Shown here in pieces: positions 38,429 through 50,975 of a stretch of DNA of 64,000 nucleotides. Positions within the stretch are counted from its first letter, which is position 1, and each line of letters opens with the position of its first letter. The position numbers and the translations under genes were made by a program. Origin of the DNA: an uncultured Candidatus Saccharibacteria bacterium (GTDB lineage Bacteria > Patescibacteriota > Minisyncoccia > Phycocordibacterales > JBBTRF01); NCBI GenBank assembly GCA_964602975.1, contig CAZRTH010000002.1:7668-71667 (forward strand). Direction: 5' to 3'. Below the pieces are notes generated by a model. The model saw only the letters and a program-made list of their open reading frames with translations. It was not told where the DNA came from and did not search any database.

Positions 38429-39220
38429 ATGTCTCCGAACATCACAGCTCTCGTCCTCCTGATCGCCTCTGCCGGCGCTGTCTTTGGCTTTATCAATCCG
38501 CAATACGCGAAATATCAGGATCTCTCCGAAAGCAAGGCGCAGTACCAAACCGCTGCCGATCAGGCGAGAAAAGTGCGAGAAGTGCGCGAGAAATTGATCC
38601 AGAGCGCAAGTAATATTTCCAGCATCGAAAAGACCCGTCTCACCAAGATGTTGCCTGACTCCGTCGACACCGTGCGCCTGACCATGGATATCAACGGTAT
38701 CGCTTCCAAGTATGGCATTCTCATCAAGAGGATCGATGTGAAGGCAGAAGAGAAGAAGACTTCAGGGTCCGCTCCGGCCGCTTCGCCATTCATCACCGCC
38801 CAGAAGGCCGACCCTTTTAATACGCTCCCGCTCTCGTTCTCTCTCACTTCCAGCTACGAAAATTTCAACCTGTTCCTCAGCGATCTGGAGAAAAGCCTCA
38901 GAATCATCGACATTGTTTCTATTTCAGTGAATCCAAACGTAAGCAACCTGTATGATTTCTCCGTGGCAGCAAGAACATATTCGTTCATTTCACCAAACGC
39001 TTCGATGGCAAAGGCTGAGACGTCAAAGGCCAAGACTCCGGCAGCGGCAAAGGAGAATCCAAAGACTAAGGTGGTGGAAATGCTCAGCCGCCTCTCTTCC
39101 TTGAAGCTTGAGCGCAGCTTCTTTGATAGTCCGCTGTTCAGAACGCTTCAGGACTTCGGTATCGAAGTGGTCGTTGAGCCAAAAGGTCGACCAAATCCAT
39201 TCGCGCCGATCGGACAGTAG
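38429..39220 (+). CDS. PilO-like pilus assembly membrane protein
   Basis: N-terminal TM 'ALVLLIASAGAVFGF' followed by coiled coil; position between pilN-like and pilB. Confidence 0.45.
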   Translation: MSPNITALVLLIASAGAVFGFINPQYAKYQDLSESKAQYQTAADQARKVREVREKLIQSASNISSIEKTRLTKMLPDSVDTVRLTMDINGIASKYGILIKRIDVKAEEKKTSGSAPAASPFITAQKADPFNTLPLSFSLTSSYENFNLFLSDLEKSLRIIDIVSISVNPNVSNLYDFSVAARTYSFISPNASMAKAETSKAKTPAAAKENPKTKVVEMLSRLSSLKLERSFFDSPLFRTLQDFGIEVVVEPKGRPNPFAPIGQ

Positions 39221-39231
39221 ATCCACAGCCT

Positions 39232-40959
39232 ATGGACATCATCGATCTTCTGGTACAAAGAAAGGTAGTCAATCCTGCTGATGCTCAGGCTATTCGGAGC
39301 GAGGTAAAGAAATCAAAGGATATCAACGAAGTGCTCCGCCGCCGCGGCATCGACCCTGCTGAGGTACTCAAAAGCAAGGCGGAATATTTCAGCGTGCCGA
39401 CGGCGGCGGTAGGGAACGCCGGCGTACCGTTCGAGGTGCTCAAATACATCCCCGAAGAATCCGCCACCTACTACCAGTTCGTTCCATTGGCCCTGACCGA
39501 CGGAGTCTTGGAGGTGGGAATGCTCAATCCCGACAATATCGAAGCCCGCGATGCTCTCAACTTTATTTCCACCAAGGCCAACCTGCCGTACAAGATCTTC
39601 CTCATCTCGCAGGAGGATTTCGACAAAGTACTTCAATCCTACAAAGGCATTTCCGGCGAAGTGACCCAGGCGCTCAACGAGCTCGACACTCAGTTCACCG
39701 GCCCTGCTAGTACGGCCAAAAATAGCGATGATGAAGGGTTGCTCAGCTCCGGCGCTTTCGAAGGCGACGCGCATATCAAGGAAGATGCGCCAGTCACCAA
39801 GATCGTCACCACTATTTTGCACTATGCCACCGAAGGAAATGCTTCCGATATTCATATTGAGGCGATGGAGGACACCGTGCGAGTGCGTTTCCGAGTGGAC
39901 GGCGCGTTGGTGACCAGCCTCACTTTGCCGATCAAAGTGCATTCGGCGCTGGTGGCTCGTATCAAGATCCTCTGCAACATGAAGATCGACGAAAAGCGCA
40001 AGCCGCAGGACGGTCGTTTCAGTTTCATGATCGGCACCCAGAAGATCGACTACCGAGTCTCCACTTTTCCCGCGTACTACGGTGAAAAAGTGGTGATGCG
40101 AATCCTCGATTCGGCGAAGGGCGTCCGTCCGCTCGATCAAATGGGTCTCAGTGCGCGAAATTTGAAAACGATCCAAGACGCGATCGCCCGCCCATACGGA
40201 CTGATCCTCATTTCCGGTCCGACTGGTTCCGGAAAATCGACCACCCTCTATTCGATGCTCAACTCGATTGACAAGGAAATTCACAATGTGCTTTCGCTCG
40301 AGGATCCAGTGGAATACAACATTCCCGGTATGAGCCAGTCGCAGGTGCGGCCGGAGATCGGCTACACCTTTGCCACTGGTCTGCGTACTACGCTCCGTCA
40401 GGACCCAGACATCATCATGGTGGGAGAAATTCGAGACAAAGAGACAGCGCAGCTTGCCGTGCAAGCTGCGCTCACTGGCCACTTGGTGCTTTCCACTATT
40501 CACACCAACAACGCCGCCGGCGTCATCCCACGTCTTCTCGATATGGGAGTCGATCCGTTCCTCATTGGCCCGACTTTGATCTGCGCGATTGCTCAGCGTC
40601 TTGTCCGTACCCTCTGCGAAAATGGCGGCAAGGAGGTGCCGGTGGAAGGGCATATCAAGCAGCTGATAGACAAAGAGTTTGCCGACCTACCAAAAGAATT
40701 CCTCTCGGAGATTCCGAAGGGAGATGTCGTGTATGAAGCGCTGGTCACTGACGATTGTCCAAAGGGCACGCTCGGTCGCGCTGCGGTGATGGAGGTGCTT
40801 TCGATGGACAAGGACATCGAAAAAGTGATCCTGAAAGGCCCGACCGAGGTGGAGATCCTCAAGGTGGCCCGAGCGAAGGGGATGCTCACGATGAAAGAGG
40901 ATGCTATTATAAAGGCATTCCAGCGGAAGATTCCATTCGAGGAGGTGACGAGCTTGTAG
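39232..40959 (+). CDS. pilB: type IV pilus assembly ATPase PilB (GspE family)
   Basis: Walker A 'LISGPTGSGKSTTLYSML', 'EDPVEYN', 'MVGEIRD' Asp box, His box 'TGHLVLSTIHTNNAAG', tetracysteine-like region. Confidence 0.85.
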   Translation: MDIIDLLVQRKVVNPADAQAIRSEVKKSKDINEVLRRRGIDPAEVLKSKAEYFSVPTAAVGNAGVPFEVLKYIPEESATYYQFVPLALTDGVLEVGMLNPDNIEARDALNFISTKANLPYKIFLISQEDFDKVLQSYKGISGEVTQALNELDTQFTGPASTAKNSDDEGLLSSGAFEGDAHIKEDAPVTKIVTTILHYATEGNASDIHIEAMEDTVRVRFRVDGALVTSLTLPIKVHSALVARIKILCNMKIDEKRKPQDGRFSFMIGTQKIDYRVSTFPAYYGEKVVMRILDSAKGVRPLDQMGLSARNLKTIQDAIARPYGLILISGPTGSGKSTTLYSMLNSIDKEIHNVLSLEDPVEYNIPGMSQSQVRPEIGYTFATGLRTTLRQDPDIIMVGEIRDKETAQLAVQAALTGHLVLSTIHTNNAAGVIPRLLDMGVDPFLIGPTLICAIAQRLVRTLCENGGKEVPVEGHIKQLIDKEFADLPKEFLSEIPKGDVVYEALVTDDCPKGTLGRAAVMEVLSMDKDIEKVILKGPTEVEILKVARAKGMLTMKEDAIIKAFQRKIPFEEVTSL

Positions 40960-40974
40960 AGTAACAACACAATA

Positions 40975-41370
40975 ATGGAAAACAACAACAAAAAGAAAAT
41001 ACTCATCGTGGATGACGACCGCTTCTTGGTGAACATGTACTCGATCAAATTCAAGAGCGCCGGCTTCGATGTATACTCGGCATTCGATGGGCAGGAAACG
41101 TTGACCAAGCTCAAGGACGGTCTCGTTCCTGATGTACTTATGCTCGATATGATCCTGCCAACAATGGATGGAGTGGAGATCCTTGCCCACATTCGAAAGG
41201 AGAATTTGGCGCCGAAGGCGAAGGTGGTAATCCTCTCCAATCAGAACCAGCCAACCGATATCGAGCGAGCAAAGTCGCTTGGTATCAGCGGCTACATCGT
41301 GAAGGCGACCACTATTCCGTCGGAAGTGGTGACGGAGATCCAGCAGATACTCAAGGAGTCATCACAATAA
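40975..41370 (+). CDS. single-domain response regulator (CheY-like receiver)
   Basis: 'KILIVDDDRFLVNMY...PDVLMLDMILPTMDG...KVVILSN' with phospho-acceptor Asp in 'MLDMILP'. Confidence 0.75.
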   Translation: MENNNKKKILIVDDDRFLVNMYSIKFKSAGFDVYSAFDGQETLTKLKDGLVPDVLMLDMILPTMDGVEILAHIRKENLAPKAKVVILSNQNQPTDIERAKSLGISGYIVKATTIPSEVVTEIQQILKESSQ

Positions 41371-41371
41371 G

Positions 41372-42439
41372 ATGCAAAACGAATATCGCGCACAACTCGA
41401 AGGCTTGCTCGCCGCGGTACTCGCCGAAGGCGCTTCCGACCTGCATGTTTCCGAAGGGAAGCGGCCGGTGATGCGCATTTCAGGACAGCTATTGCCGATG
41501 GTGAAGGAGGAGATGCTCTCTACTGCCGCAATCAGCGGTTTTGCTTCCGTGCTGATGACCGCGGAACGCAAACTGACTTTTTTGAACACACGAGAGGCCG
41601 ATTTTGCATACGACTTTCAGGGCAAAGCCCGTTTTCGCGTCAATGGTTTCTTCCAGCAAGGTATGATGGGCTTTGCCCTGCGTCTCATCCCGAAGGATAT
41701 CCGCTCGATCGAGGATCTTGGCCTGCCGACGATTTTGAATACGTTTACCGAAAAGCCACAAGGCTTCTTCCTGGTGGTCGGTCCGGTTGGACAGGGCAAA
41801 TCGACTACTCTGGCTGGGATGATCGAATACATCAATCGCCAGCGTGCCGCGCATATTCTCACGATCGAAGACCCGATCGAGTATATCTATGAAGCAAAGC
41901 GCTCTATTATCAATCAGCGTGAGGTTGGTATCGACACAAAAAGCTTTCCTACCGCTCTCGCCGCCATGTTTCGAGAAGATATCAATGTTGCCTTGGTGGG
42001 GGAGATGCGCGATGCCGAAACGATCTCCACTGCCGTGACCGCCGCGGAGACTGGCCATCTTGTCCTTTCCACTTTGCATACTAACAATGCCGCTCAGACG
42101 ATAAACCGTATCATCGACAGCTTCCCCGCCAGCCAGCAGGATCAGATCCGTGCACAGCTCGCCGCCAGCCTCACCGGTATCTTTTCTCAGCGCCTCATTC
42201 CACGAGTATCTGGCGGCTTGATCCCCGCATACGAATTGCTCATCAACAACACCGCAGTCGGCAACCTCATCCGTGAAAAGCGGGTACACGAGATCAATAC
42301 CGTCATCGAGACCAGCTCCGAACAGGGCATGGTGAGCATGGACCGTTGTCTCGCGGAATTGGTCCGATCAGGCGAGATTACGGTCGAAAACGCCTACCTT
42401 CATTCCACCAACACCAAGATTTTGGAGCGACTGCTCTAA
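41372..42439 (+). CDS. pilT: twitching motility ATPase PilT
   Basis: Walker A 'VVGPVGQGKSTTLAGMI', 'ILTIEDPIEYIY', 'ALVGEMRD', 'TGHLVLSTLHTNNAAQTI'. Confidence 0.85.
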   Translation: MQNEYRAQLEGLLAAVLAEGASDLHVSEGKRPVMRISGQLLPMVKEEMLSTAAISGFASVLMTAERKLTFLNTREADFAYDFQGKARFRVNGFFQQGMMGFALRLIPKDIRSIEDLGLPTILNTFTEKPQGFFLVVGPVGQGKSTTLAGMIEYINRQRAAHILTIEDPIEYIYEAKRSIINQREVGIDTKSFPTALAAMFREDINVALVGEMRDAETISTAVTAAETGHLVLSTLHTNNAAQTINRIIDSFPASQQDQIRAQLAASLTGIFSQRLIPRVSGGLIPAYELLINNTAVGNLIREKRVHEINTVIETSSEQGMVSMDRCLAELVRSGEITVENAYLHSTNTKILERLL

Positions 42440-42463
42440 TATTAGCCAAAGCACTGCATCCAC

Positions 42464-43666
42464 ATGATCTTCAACTACACTACAATCGACCAAGCAGGGG
42501 CAAAGACCCAGGGAACCATCGACGCTGTGAGCGTGGATGTGGCGATCAGCTCTTTGCAGCGCCGCGGACTCACTATCGTCACGATCAAGGCGGAGCAAAA
42601 AGGCTCCGCGCTGGAAAAACTCTCCTTCTTCGGTCGGATCACCAACAAAGATGTGGTCATCTTGTCACGTCAGATGTCCACCTTGTTCTCAGCACAGATC
42701 TCCGCTCTGCGCGTCTTCCGCCTACTCGGATCGGAAACCGAAAAGCCGCAGCTGCGTGCAGTGTTGAACACAGTGGGCGACGATCTCCAAGGAGGCATGC
42801 TCATTTCCAAGGCTCTCTCAAAGCATCCGGAAGCATTTTCCGACTTCTATGTGAACATGGTGCGTTCCGGCGAGGAATCCGGCAAGCTCGACCAGATCCT
42901 GCTCTATTTGGCAGATTATCTCGACCGATCTTTCGAGGTGACCTCGAAAGCGAAGAACGCTCTCATTTATCCGATCTTCGTGATCGCTACTTTTATAGTG
43001 GTGATGACCCTGATGCTCACTATGGTGATCCCAAATATCAGCAGTATTTTGGAAGAATCAGGCCAGGCGATACCGATCTACACGAAGATCGTGCTGGGGA
43101 TAAGCCACATCGCTGTCGGATATGGTATTTACGTCTTCCTGGCGCTGGTGATTGGCGGTTTCTTTCTCTATCGTTTTGCCCGCACAGCCGATGGTGGTAT
43201 GGCGTTGAACCGTTTCCAGATCTCCTTGCCATATATCGGCACGCTCTACAAAAAGCTCTACCTTTCGCGTATTGCGGACAACATGAACACAATGCTTTTG
43301 AGCGCGATTCCGATCGTGAAGGCCCTAGAGGTGACTGGTTCGGTGGTGGGAAGCGCGGTATATCGCTCGGTACTCGGCAAGATCCTCGAAGAAGTGAAGA
43401 CGGGTAGCTCTTTGGCCGAGGCTTTTGGCCGATACTCGGAGATTCCGACTATCATGGTGCAAATGGTGAAAGTAGGCGAAGAAACGGGCGAATTAGGCAA
43501 TATTTTGCAGAATCTTTCGAAGTTTTACAGCCGAGAGGTGACCAACGCGGTGGACACTTTGGTGGGTTTGATCGAGCCGGCGATGATCGTCACTCTCGGT
43601 ATCGGCGTGGCTATCTTGCTCGCTTCCGTGCTTATTCCGATCTACAACATCTCCGCGGGGGCTTAA
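42464..43666 (+). CDS. pilC: type IV pilus platform protein PilC (GspF family)
   Basis: Two repeated GspF-domain halves, three TM segments, 'LSSGLSLAEAF'-type motif 'GSSLAEAFGRY'. Confidence 0.8.
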   Translation: MIFNYTTIDQAGAKTQGTIDAVSVDVAISSLQRRGLTIVTIKAEQKGSALEKLSFFGRITNKDVVILSRQMSTLFSAQISALRVFRLLGSETEKPQLRAVLNTVGDDLQGGMLISKALSKHPEAFSDFYVNMVRSGEESGKLDQILLYLADYLDRSFEVTSKAKNALIYPIFVIATFIVVMTLMLTMVIPNISSILEESGQAIPIYTKIVLGISHIAVGYGIYVFLALVIGGFFLYRFARTADGGMALNRFQISLPYIGTLYKKLYLSRIADNMNTMLLSAIPIVKALEVTGSVVGSAVYRSVLGKILEEVKTGSSLAEAFGRYSEIPTIMVQMVKVGEETGELGNILQNLSKFYSREVTNAVDTLVGLIEPAMIVTLGIGVAILLASVLIPIYNISAGA

Positions 43667-43862
43667 AAGGCGACAAGGGAAGGCCCGCGCCGTACGGCGC
43701 GGGCCTTTTGTTATCCACAGCCTTATTTCCACGGCCAAATATCAGGAGTATAATAGGAAGCAAGGTTTGTATACGACCTTCTGCAACGAAGGCGGTCGAG
43801 GGGAAAACCGGAAATATTCATTCAATTACATTATCAAACATTAGAATTTAATCGATTTATAT

Positions 43863-44291
43863 ATGAAACATTCACGAGGTTTTACACTCATCGAATTGTT
43901 GGTAGTGATCGCGATCATCGGTATCTTGTCTTCAGTCGTATTGGCAAGCTTGAATAGCGCTCGAAGCAAGGGTGCTGACGCGAACATCAAGTCAAACTTG
44001 AACAATCTTCGAACTCAGGCCGCCCTCTATTACGATACGAACAACCATTACGGTTTGTCTACTGGATCGACCACAGACACCACTGTTTGCGCAACAGGCC
44101 TTTTTGCTGATCCTACCGTTAGTCAGATGATTACTTCGATCAAGTCAAATGGTGTTGCATTGAGCTGCGTCAGTGGACAATACGGATACGTGATCTCTTC
44201 AGCTCTTAAGAGCGGAGGAAATTGGTGTGTTGACTATACAGGTAGCGCTACGAGCACTACAGCAAACCTTGCGCAAGGCAAGTGTAGCTAG
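43863..44291 (+). CDS. type IV major pilin (prepilin, N-methylation motif)
   Basis: 'MKHSRGFTLIELLVVIAIIGILSSVVLASLNSARSKG' class III signal; Cys pair near C-terminus. Confidence 0.75.
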   Translation: MKHSRGFTLIELLVVIAIIGILSSVVLASLNSARSKGADANIKSNLNNLRTQAALYYDTNNHYGLSTGSTTDTTVCATGLFADPTVSQMITSIKSNGVALSCVSGQYGYVISSALKSGGNWCVDYTGSATSTTANLAQGKCS

Positions 44292-44415
44292 TCTTTTGGG
44301 GCGATAGTTCCATAAGCTCGACAGAGAGCAAAAAATCCCCCTTAAGGGGATTTTTTGCTCTAGTATTATCTAAGAGGGAGTGTATAATATCCTCATATCA
44401 TACTTAGTATTCATT

Positions 44416-44889
44416 ATGAAGACGAAATACAAAAAAAATAAGGGTTTTACATTGATGGAATTGTTGGTAGTGATCGCGATCATCGGACTGCTGATTAGTA
44501 TCGTCACGGTAAGCATCCGATCGAGCCGATCAAAGGGTACGGATACCGGAGTAAAGCGAGGCTTATCCGAGCTCCAGAAGCAGGCAGAGATCTATTACTA
44601 CGAGAATAGCAACTCCTATTCAGGACTCTGTGCTACTAATAAGGTTCAGACACAGTTGGCGAATACTGCCAAGTCTTCAGGCATCACCACTGTAAATGGT
44701 AACGGCGTTGCAGGGGCATGGAATCAAGCAACTTGTCACGACAGCGTACGAGAGTGGGCTGCAGAGGTTCCTATGGCGGATTCTGTATCCGATAATGAAA
44801 TTGCGATGTGGTGCGTTGATGGCGCCGGCAAAGCAGAGAAGACTACCACGGTGTTTGTGGAAGATACTATTGTTTGCCCAACTATATAA
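44416..44889 (+). CDS. type IV pilin paralog 2
   Basis: 'MKTKYKKNKGFTLMELLVVIAIIGLLISIVTVSIRSSRSKG'; start at internal Met preferred over ORF-track start. Confidence 0.7.
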   Translation: MKTKYKKNKGFTLMELLVVIAIIGLLISIVTVSIRSSRSKGTDTGVKRGLSELQKQAEIYYYENSNSYSGLCATNKVQTQLANTAKSSGITTVNGNGVAGAWNQATCHDSVREWAAEVPMADSVSDNEIAMWCVDGAGKAEKTTTVFVEDTIVCPTI

Positions 44890-45398
44890 TGAAGACTTTT
44901 TTCCTCAAATCGAGTCGCAAAGGATTCACTCTTATAGAATTGTTGGTAGTGATCGCGATCATCGGCTTGCTTTCATCCGTAGTGTTGAGCAGTCTTAATA
45001 CCGCTCGATCAAAGGGGAGGGACGCTCGGCGAATTTCCGATGTAAAACAGATACAGCTCGCTCTCGAATTGTATGCGGATCAGAATCTTGGCAGGTATCC
45101 GCAGACGTTGTGTACGGGAACTACCGGTTGCATTGCTCCAACTTACATTTCGACGCTTCCTACCGATCCAAGCACCGGTGCAAATTATGCTTACGCCGCT
45201 CTCGGATCTCTGACAGCTTGTACCGGCTATCATATTGGGACGGCGCTTGAGCTGAACAACCCAGTATTGGGCGGCGACGCGGATGCGGTTTCTACGACTG
45301 GTATTTGCAGCGGTAGCAACGCAAACTTCGCTGGTGACTCAGAAGCATGCACGACTACTTCAGGTACTGAAAAGTGTTTCGATGTAGTAAATCAATAA
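44889..45398 (+). CDS. type IV pilin paralog 3
   Basis: 'MKTFFLKSSRKGFTLIELLVVIAIIGLLSSVVLSSLNTARSKG'; ATG shares a base with preceding TAA. Confidence 0.7.
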   Translation: MKTFFLKSSRKGFTLIELLVVIAIIGLLSSVVLSSLNTARSKGRDARRISDVKQIQLALELYADQNLGRYPQTLCTGTTGCIAPTYISTLPTDPSTGANYAYAALGSLTACTGYHIGTALELNNPVLGGDADAVSTTGICSGSNANFAGDSEACTTTSGTEKCFDVVNQ

Positions 45399-45399
45399 G

Positions 45400-46230
45400 A
45401 TGCCGGCGGACGCTTTCTCTATTGCCGCCGTATTCGTGCTCGGTACATTGATCGGCAGCTTTTTGAATGTTGTCGTGCTGAGATACAACACCGGCCGCCT
45501 CAAGCAAGCGCTTTTGGGAGGTGGCCGGTCCGCTTGTTTTTCCTGCGACAAGCCGCTAGCTTGGTACGAGCTCATTCCGATCCTAAGCTTTTTGGCTCAA
45601 GGCGGACGCTGTCGCAGCTGCAAGAGTCGCCTGTCTTGGCAGTATCCGATCGTCGAGCTGTTGAGCGGCGCGCTTTTTGTGATCGCTTTTTTGCACGAGA
45701 CGGCACCCGCGCCGCTCCTGCTGTCGCTCGTCTCCTTGTCTCTCTTGGTGGTGATCGGCGCGTATGATCTGCGACACAAGATCATTCCCGACGGGCTCGT
45801 GTACGCTTTTGCCGCGATATCGCTCGTGTACGCTTTTCTTCTCTTGCCCTCATTCATGCCTGTGGCCTTCTTTTCGGCCGCCTGGCCTGTGCTCGCTGCC
45901 GGTCCACTCCTCGCGCTGCCGTTCTGTCTCCTGTGGAAGTTCTCAAAAGGCCGCTGGATCGGCTTGGGCGATGGCAAGCTCGCTTTGGGCATGGGCTGGT
46001 TTTTGGGGCTGGCGGGTGGCATTTCGGCCGTCGTACTGGCCTTTTGGGTAGGGGCGGTGGTGGCGATAGCGATACTTGTCATTCAGCGTTGTTGCCCGAG
46101 CCTCGGCACGCGTTGGCACATGAAGAGTGAGATCCCATTCGCCCCATTTCTCATCCTCGCTACGGTCATCGTGTATGCGACAGGGGTGATGCCGACCGGT
46201 ATTGTCCTCTTTGTCCAGAACCTCTTTTGA
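45400..46230 (+). CDS. pilD: prepilin peptidase PilD (peptidase A24)
   Basis: N-terminal zinc-ribbon 'CFSCDKPL...CRSCKSRL', multiple TM helices, catalytic Asp in 'YDLRHKIIPDG' and 'GLGDGKLALG'. Confidence 0.75.
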   Translation: MPADAFSIAAVFVLGTLIGSFLNVVVLRYNTGRLKQALLGGGRSACFSCDKPLAWYELIPILSFLAQGGRCRSCKSRLSWQYPIVELLSGALFVIAFLHETAPAPLLLSLVSLSLLVVIGAYDLRHKIIPDGLVYAFAAISLVYAFLLLPSFMPVAFFSAAWPVLAAGPLLALPFCLLWKFSKGRWIGLGDGKLALGMGWFLGLAGGISAVVLAFWVGAVVAIAILVIQRCCPSLGTRWHMKSEIPFAPFLILATVIVYATGVMPTGIVLFVQNLF

Positions 46231-46949
46231 CTTACAATAGAAGCATGAAGCAAGGGTTTACACTCTTCGAAATGCTAGTGTCTTTGGGTATTTTTATGCT
46301 TTTGACGACTACCTTGCTGGTGAAAAATTCGCAGTTCAAAGGCAACATAGTGATCGGCAACGTGGCATACCAGCTTGCTCTCACATTTCGCGAGGCTCAG
46401 GCATACGGGGTGAATGTTCGTGGCGTAGACAACCCTTCCGCCGATCCTTCAAAACCGTACATCTACACGACTCCGTACGGAGTGCACTTCGATTCTACAC
46501 AGGATTCGTCCTATCTTCTTTTTGGTGACACACTTCCTGCTGCAGCACAGGGATCTTCGGCAATGGGTGACCGCAAGTACACCAGTGAATTTGGCACAGC
46601 AGACGTTCTCGTGCGCACATACCAGATGCCATTTGGCAGTACCGTGCTGAAGTTCTGTACCAAGAAAGCTCTGCAGGATCCTGTTTGTGGCGGCGGAGGA
46701 GCGTCCGAGATCTCTTGGCTCGACGTCACGTTTTTGCGTCCGCAACTGAGCGCGGCCATCCGCGATTCTTCGAGACCGGAACTACCAGCCTCGGAACGAT
46801 ATGCCGATTCTGCTGTCGTATTCGTGAAGAATACTCAGGGCGTATGCAAAGCCGTGAAAGTGACAAAGGTCGGGCAGGTGACGGTGGTCGAAGATCCGAA
46901 AACATTGACCGACGGGTATGGCGAAAAGGTCTCTGGATTGTGTTTGTAG
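46227..46949 (+). CDS. minor pilin / pseudopilin (prepilin-type N-terminus)
   Basis: 'MKQGFTLFEMLVSLGIFMLLTTTLLV' prepilin cleavage/methylation motif. Confidence 0.6.
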   Translation: MTYNRSMKQGFTLFEMLVSLGIFMLLTTTLLVKNSQFKGNIVIGNVAYQLALTFREAQAYGVNVRGVDNPSADPSKPYIYTTPYGVHFDSTQDSSYLLFGDTLPAAAQGSSAMGDRKYTSEFGTADVLVRTYQMPFGSTVLKFCTKKALQDPVCGGGGASEISWLDVTFLRPQLSAAIRDSSRPELPASERYADSAVVFVKNTQGVCKAVKVTKVGQVTVVEDPKTLTDGYGEKVSGLCL

Positions 46950-46962
46950 TTGTTTGTGCAAA

Positions 46963-47508
46963 ATGAAACGCTTTATTTTACAAAAGAATAGGGGGGCGAA
47001 TGGAAGAATGCCGTGCGAAAAGGGCAATGCCGGCTTTACGCTGATCGAAATGATCGTCTCGCTCTCGCTCTTTATTTCCGTGATGACCGTGGCGGCAAGT
47101 TCGATGCTCTCTATCATCGATGCCAACCGAAAGTCCCAGGCCACCAACACTGCCGTCGACAACCTGAACTTCGTCATCGATGAAATGTCTCGATCGTTGC
47201 GCACCGGCAAGAATTGGGTCGTTTCGAGCGATGGCAAGACCGTTTCTTTCCAGACCCAAACCGGCGCGGCCGCGACCTACTATCTTGAAAATGAGCAGAT
47301 CAAAGTACAGGCCGGATTGGAGACGGGGCAGGCACTCACGGACCCGAATTTGGTGGTCGACGTGTTGCGATTCTATCTCGATCCGCAGCCGCTGACAGCT
47401 CAGCCTTTTCTGCATCTGCTCCTTCGAACACACGTGAGCGACAAGGCAAAATATCGCAGCGACGTGAACATTTCCACCACTATTAGCCAGCGAACGTTAA
47501 ACCGATGA
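46963..47508 (+). CDS. minor pilin (PilW/FimT-like)
   Basis: '...GNAGFTLIEMIVSLSLFISVMTVAASSML'; start ambiguous (ATG 46963 or 47008). Confidence 0.55.
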   Translation: MKRFILQKNRGANGRMPCEKGNAGFTLIEMIVSLSLFISVMTVAASSMLSIIDANRKSQATNTAVDNLNFVIDEMSRSLRTGKNWVVSSDGKTVSFQTQTGAAATYYLENEQIKVQAGLETGQALTDPNLVVDVLRFYLDPQPLTAQPFLHLLLRTHVSDKAKYRSDVNISTTISQRTLNR

Positions 47509-48092
47509 GTATGCAATCGCACAAAAAAGGCTTCACTCTTTTGGAAACGCTCGTCGCCGTATCTTTGTTGATGATCGCCATTGTTGGCCCGCTCACTATC
47601 GCGCAGAAGAGCGTGAAGACGTCTTCGTATACGAAAAATCGCGTCACCGCCTACTATCTCGCCCAGGACGCCCTCGAATTTTTGCGTAATATCCGTGATA
47701 CCAATTCACTCCGGGGATTTGATTGGAATCGGCTGCTGCTCGCATACAGCGCATGTTTGGAAGGGGTGGGGAGTGGAAAGTGCGATATTGAATCGTTGAA
47801 CAGTCCGGATACTGTTGTATTGAATCCAGGTACCAGCCAGAGCACGGGGAATATCATTCTCTTTCCTTGCGCTGTCACTTGTCCGAATCTGACCTTCTTC
47901 TCCTCTTTCGGCTATTACGGCCATCTACCGGGCACGGAAAGCCAATTCCGCCGCGAGATCACGATCACGCCGCTGAACACCTCTCCGGACAATCGCGAGC
48001 TGCTCATCCGTGTCGATGTGATCTGGAATGAAAGCATTCTCGGCGGAGAAAAGAAGATCTCATTGTATGATGAAGTATATGATTGGCAATAA
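47505..48092 (+). CDS. minor pilin (PilV-like)
   Basis: 'MSMQSHKKGFTLLETLVAVSLLMIAIVGPLTIA'. Confidence 0.6.
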   Translation: MSMQSHKKGFTLLETLVAVSLLMIAIVGPLTIAQKSVKTSSYTKNRVTAYYLAQDALEFLRNIRDTNSLRGFDWNRLLLAYSACLEGVGSGKCDIESLNSPDTVVLNPGTSQSTGNIILFPCAVTCPNLTFFSSFGYYGHLPGTESQFRREITITPLNTSPDNRELLIRVDVIWNESILGGEKKISLYDEVYDWQ

Positions 48093-48093
48093 C

Positions 48094-50780
<2,687 letters not shown>

Positions 50781-50808
50781 GGCGGGGTTGTCGGCAGTGT
50801 TTTTTGAC

Positions 50809-50863
50809 TACCCGCGGATTTTGCATACGAAAGTATGAAGAAAGTATGCAAAATCCGCGGGTA
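50809..50863. repeat. REP-like palindromic element, copy 1 (19-bp perfect inverted repeat with 17-nt loop)
   Basis: 'TACCCGCGGATTTTGCATA-cgaaagtatgaagaaag-TATGCAAAATCCGCGGGTA'; second copy at 63441..63495. Confidence 0.6.
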
Positions 50864-50904
50864 CTTATTTTTGTCGAGGCATACCGTCGCTCTTTCCTTC
50901 AGTG

Positions 50905-50948
50905 TTCGAAAAAATAAATAAAAAGCACCGCATCCGTGGTGGATGCGG
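50905..50948 (-). terminator. rho-independent terminator for minus-strand small gene
   Basis: Stem 'CCGCATCC-gtggt-GGATGCGG' followed (on minus strand) by T-run complementary to 50905-50924 A-run. Confidence 0.5.
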
Positions 50949-50975
50949 GCCGTTCAAAGATAGGTCTGGTCGATC

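Noticed and set aside
36893-38548. 551-aa minus-strand ORF
   Set aside because: Antisense to pilM/pilN-like/pilO-like genes. Composition is His/Arg/Leu-rich with no motifs. The plus-strand genes have clear PilM actin-fold motifs.
39313-40653. 446-aa minus-strand ORF
   Set aside because: Antisense to pilB, which carries Walker A, Asp-box and His-box motifs. A spurious open frame.
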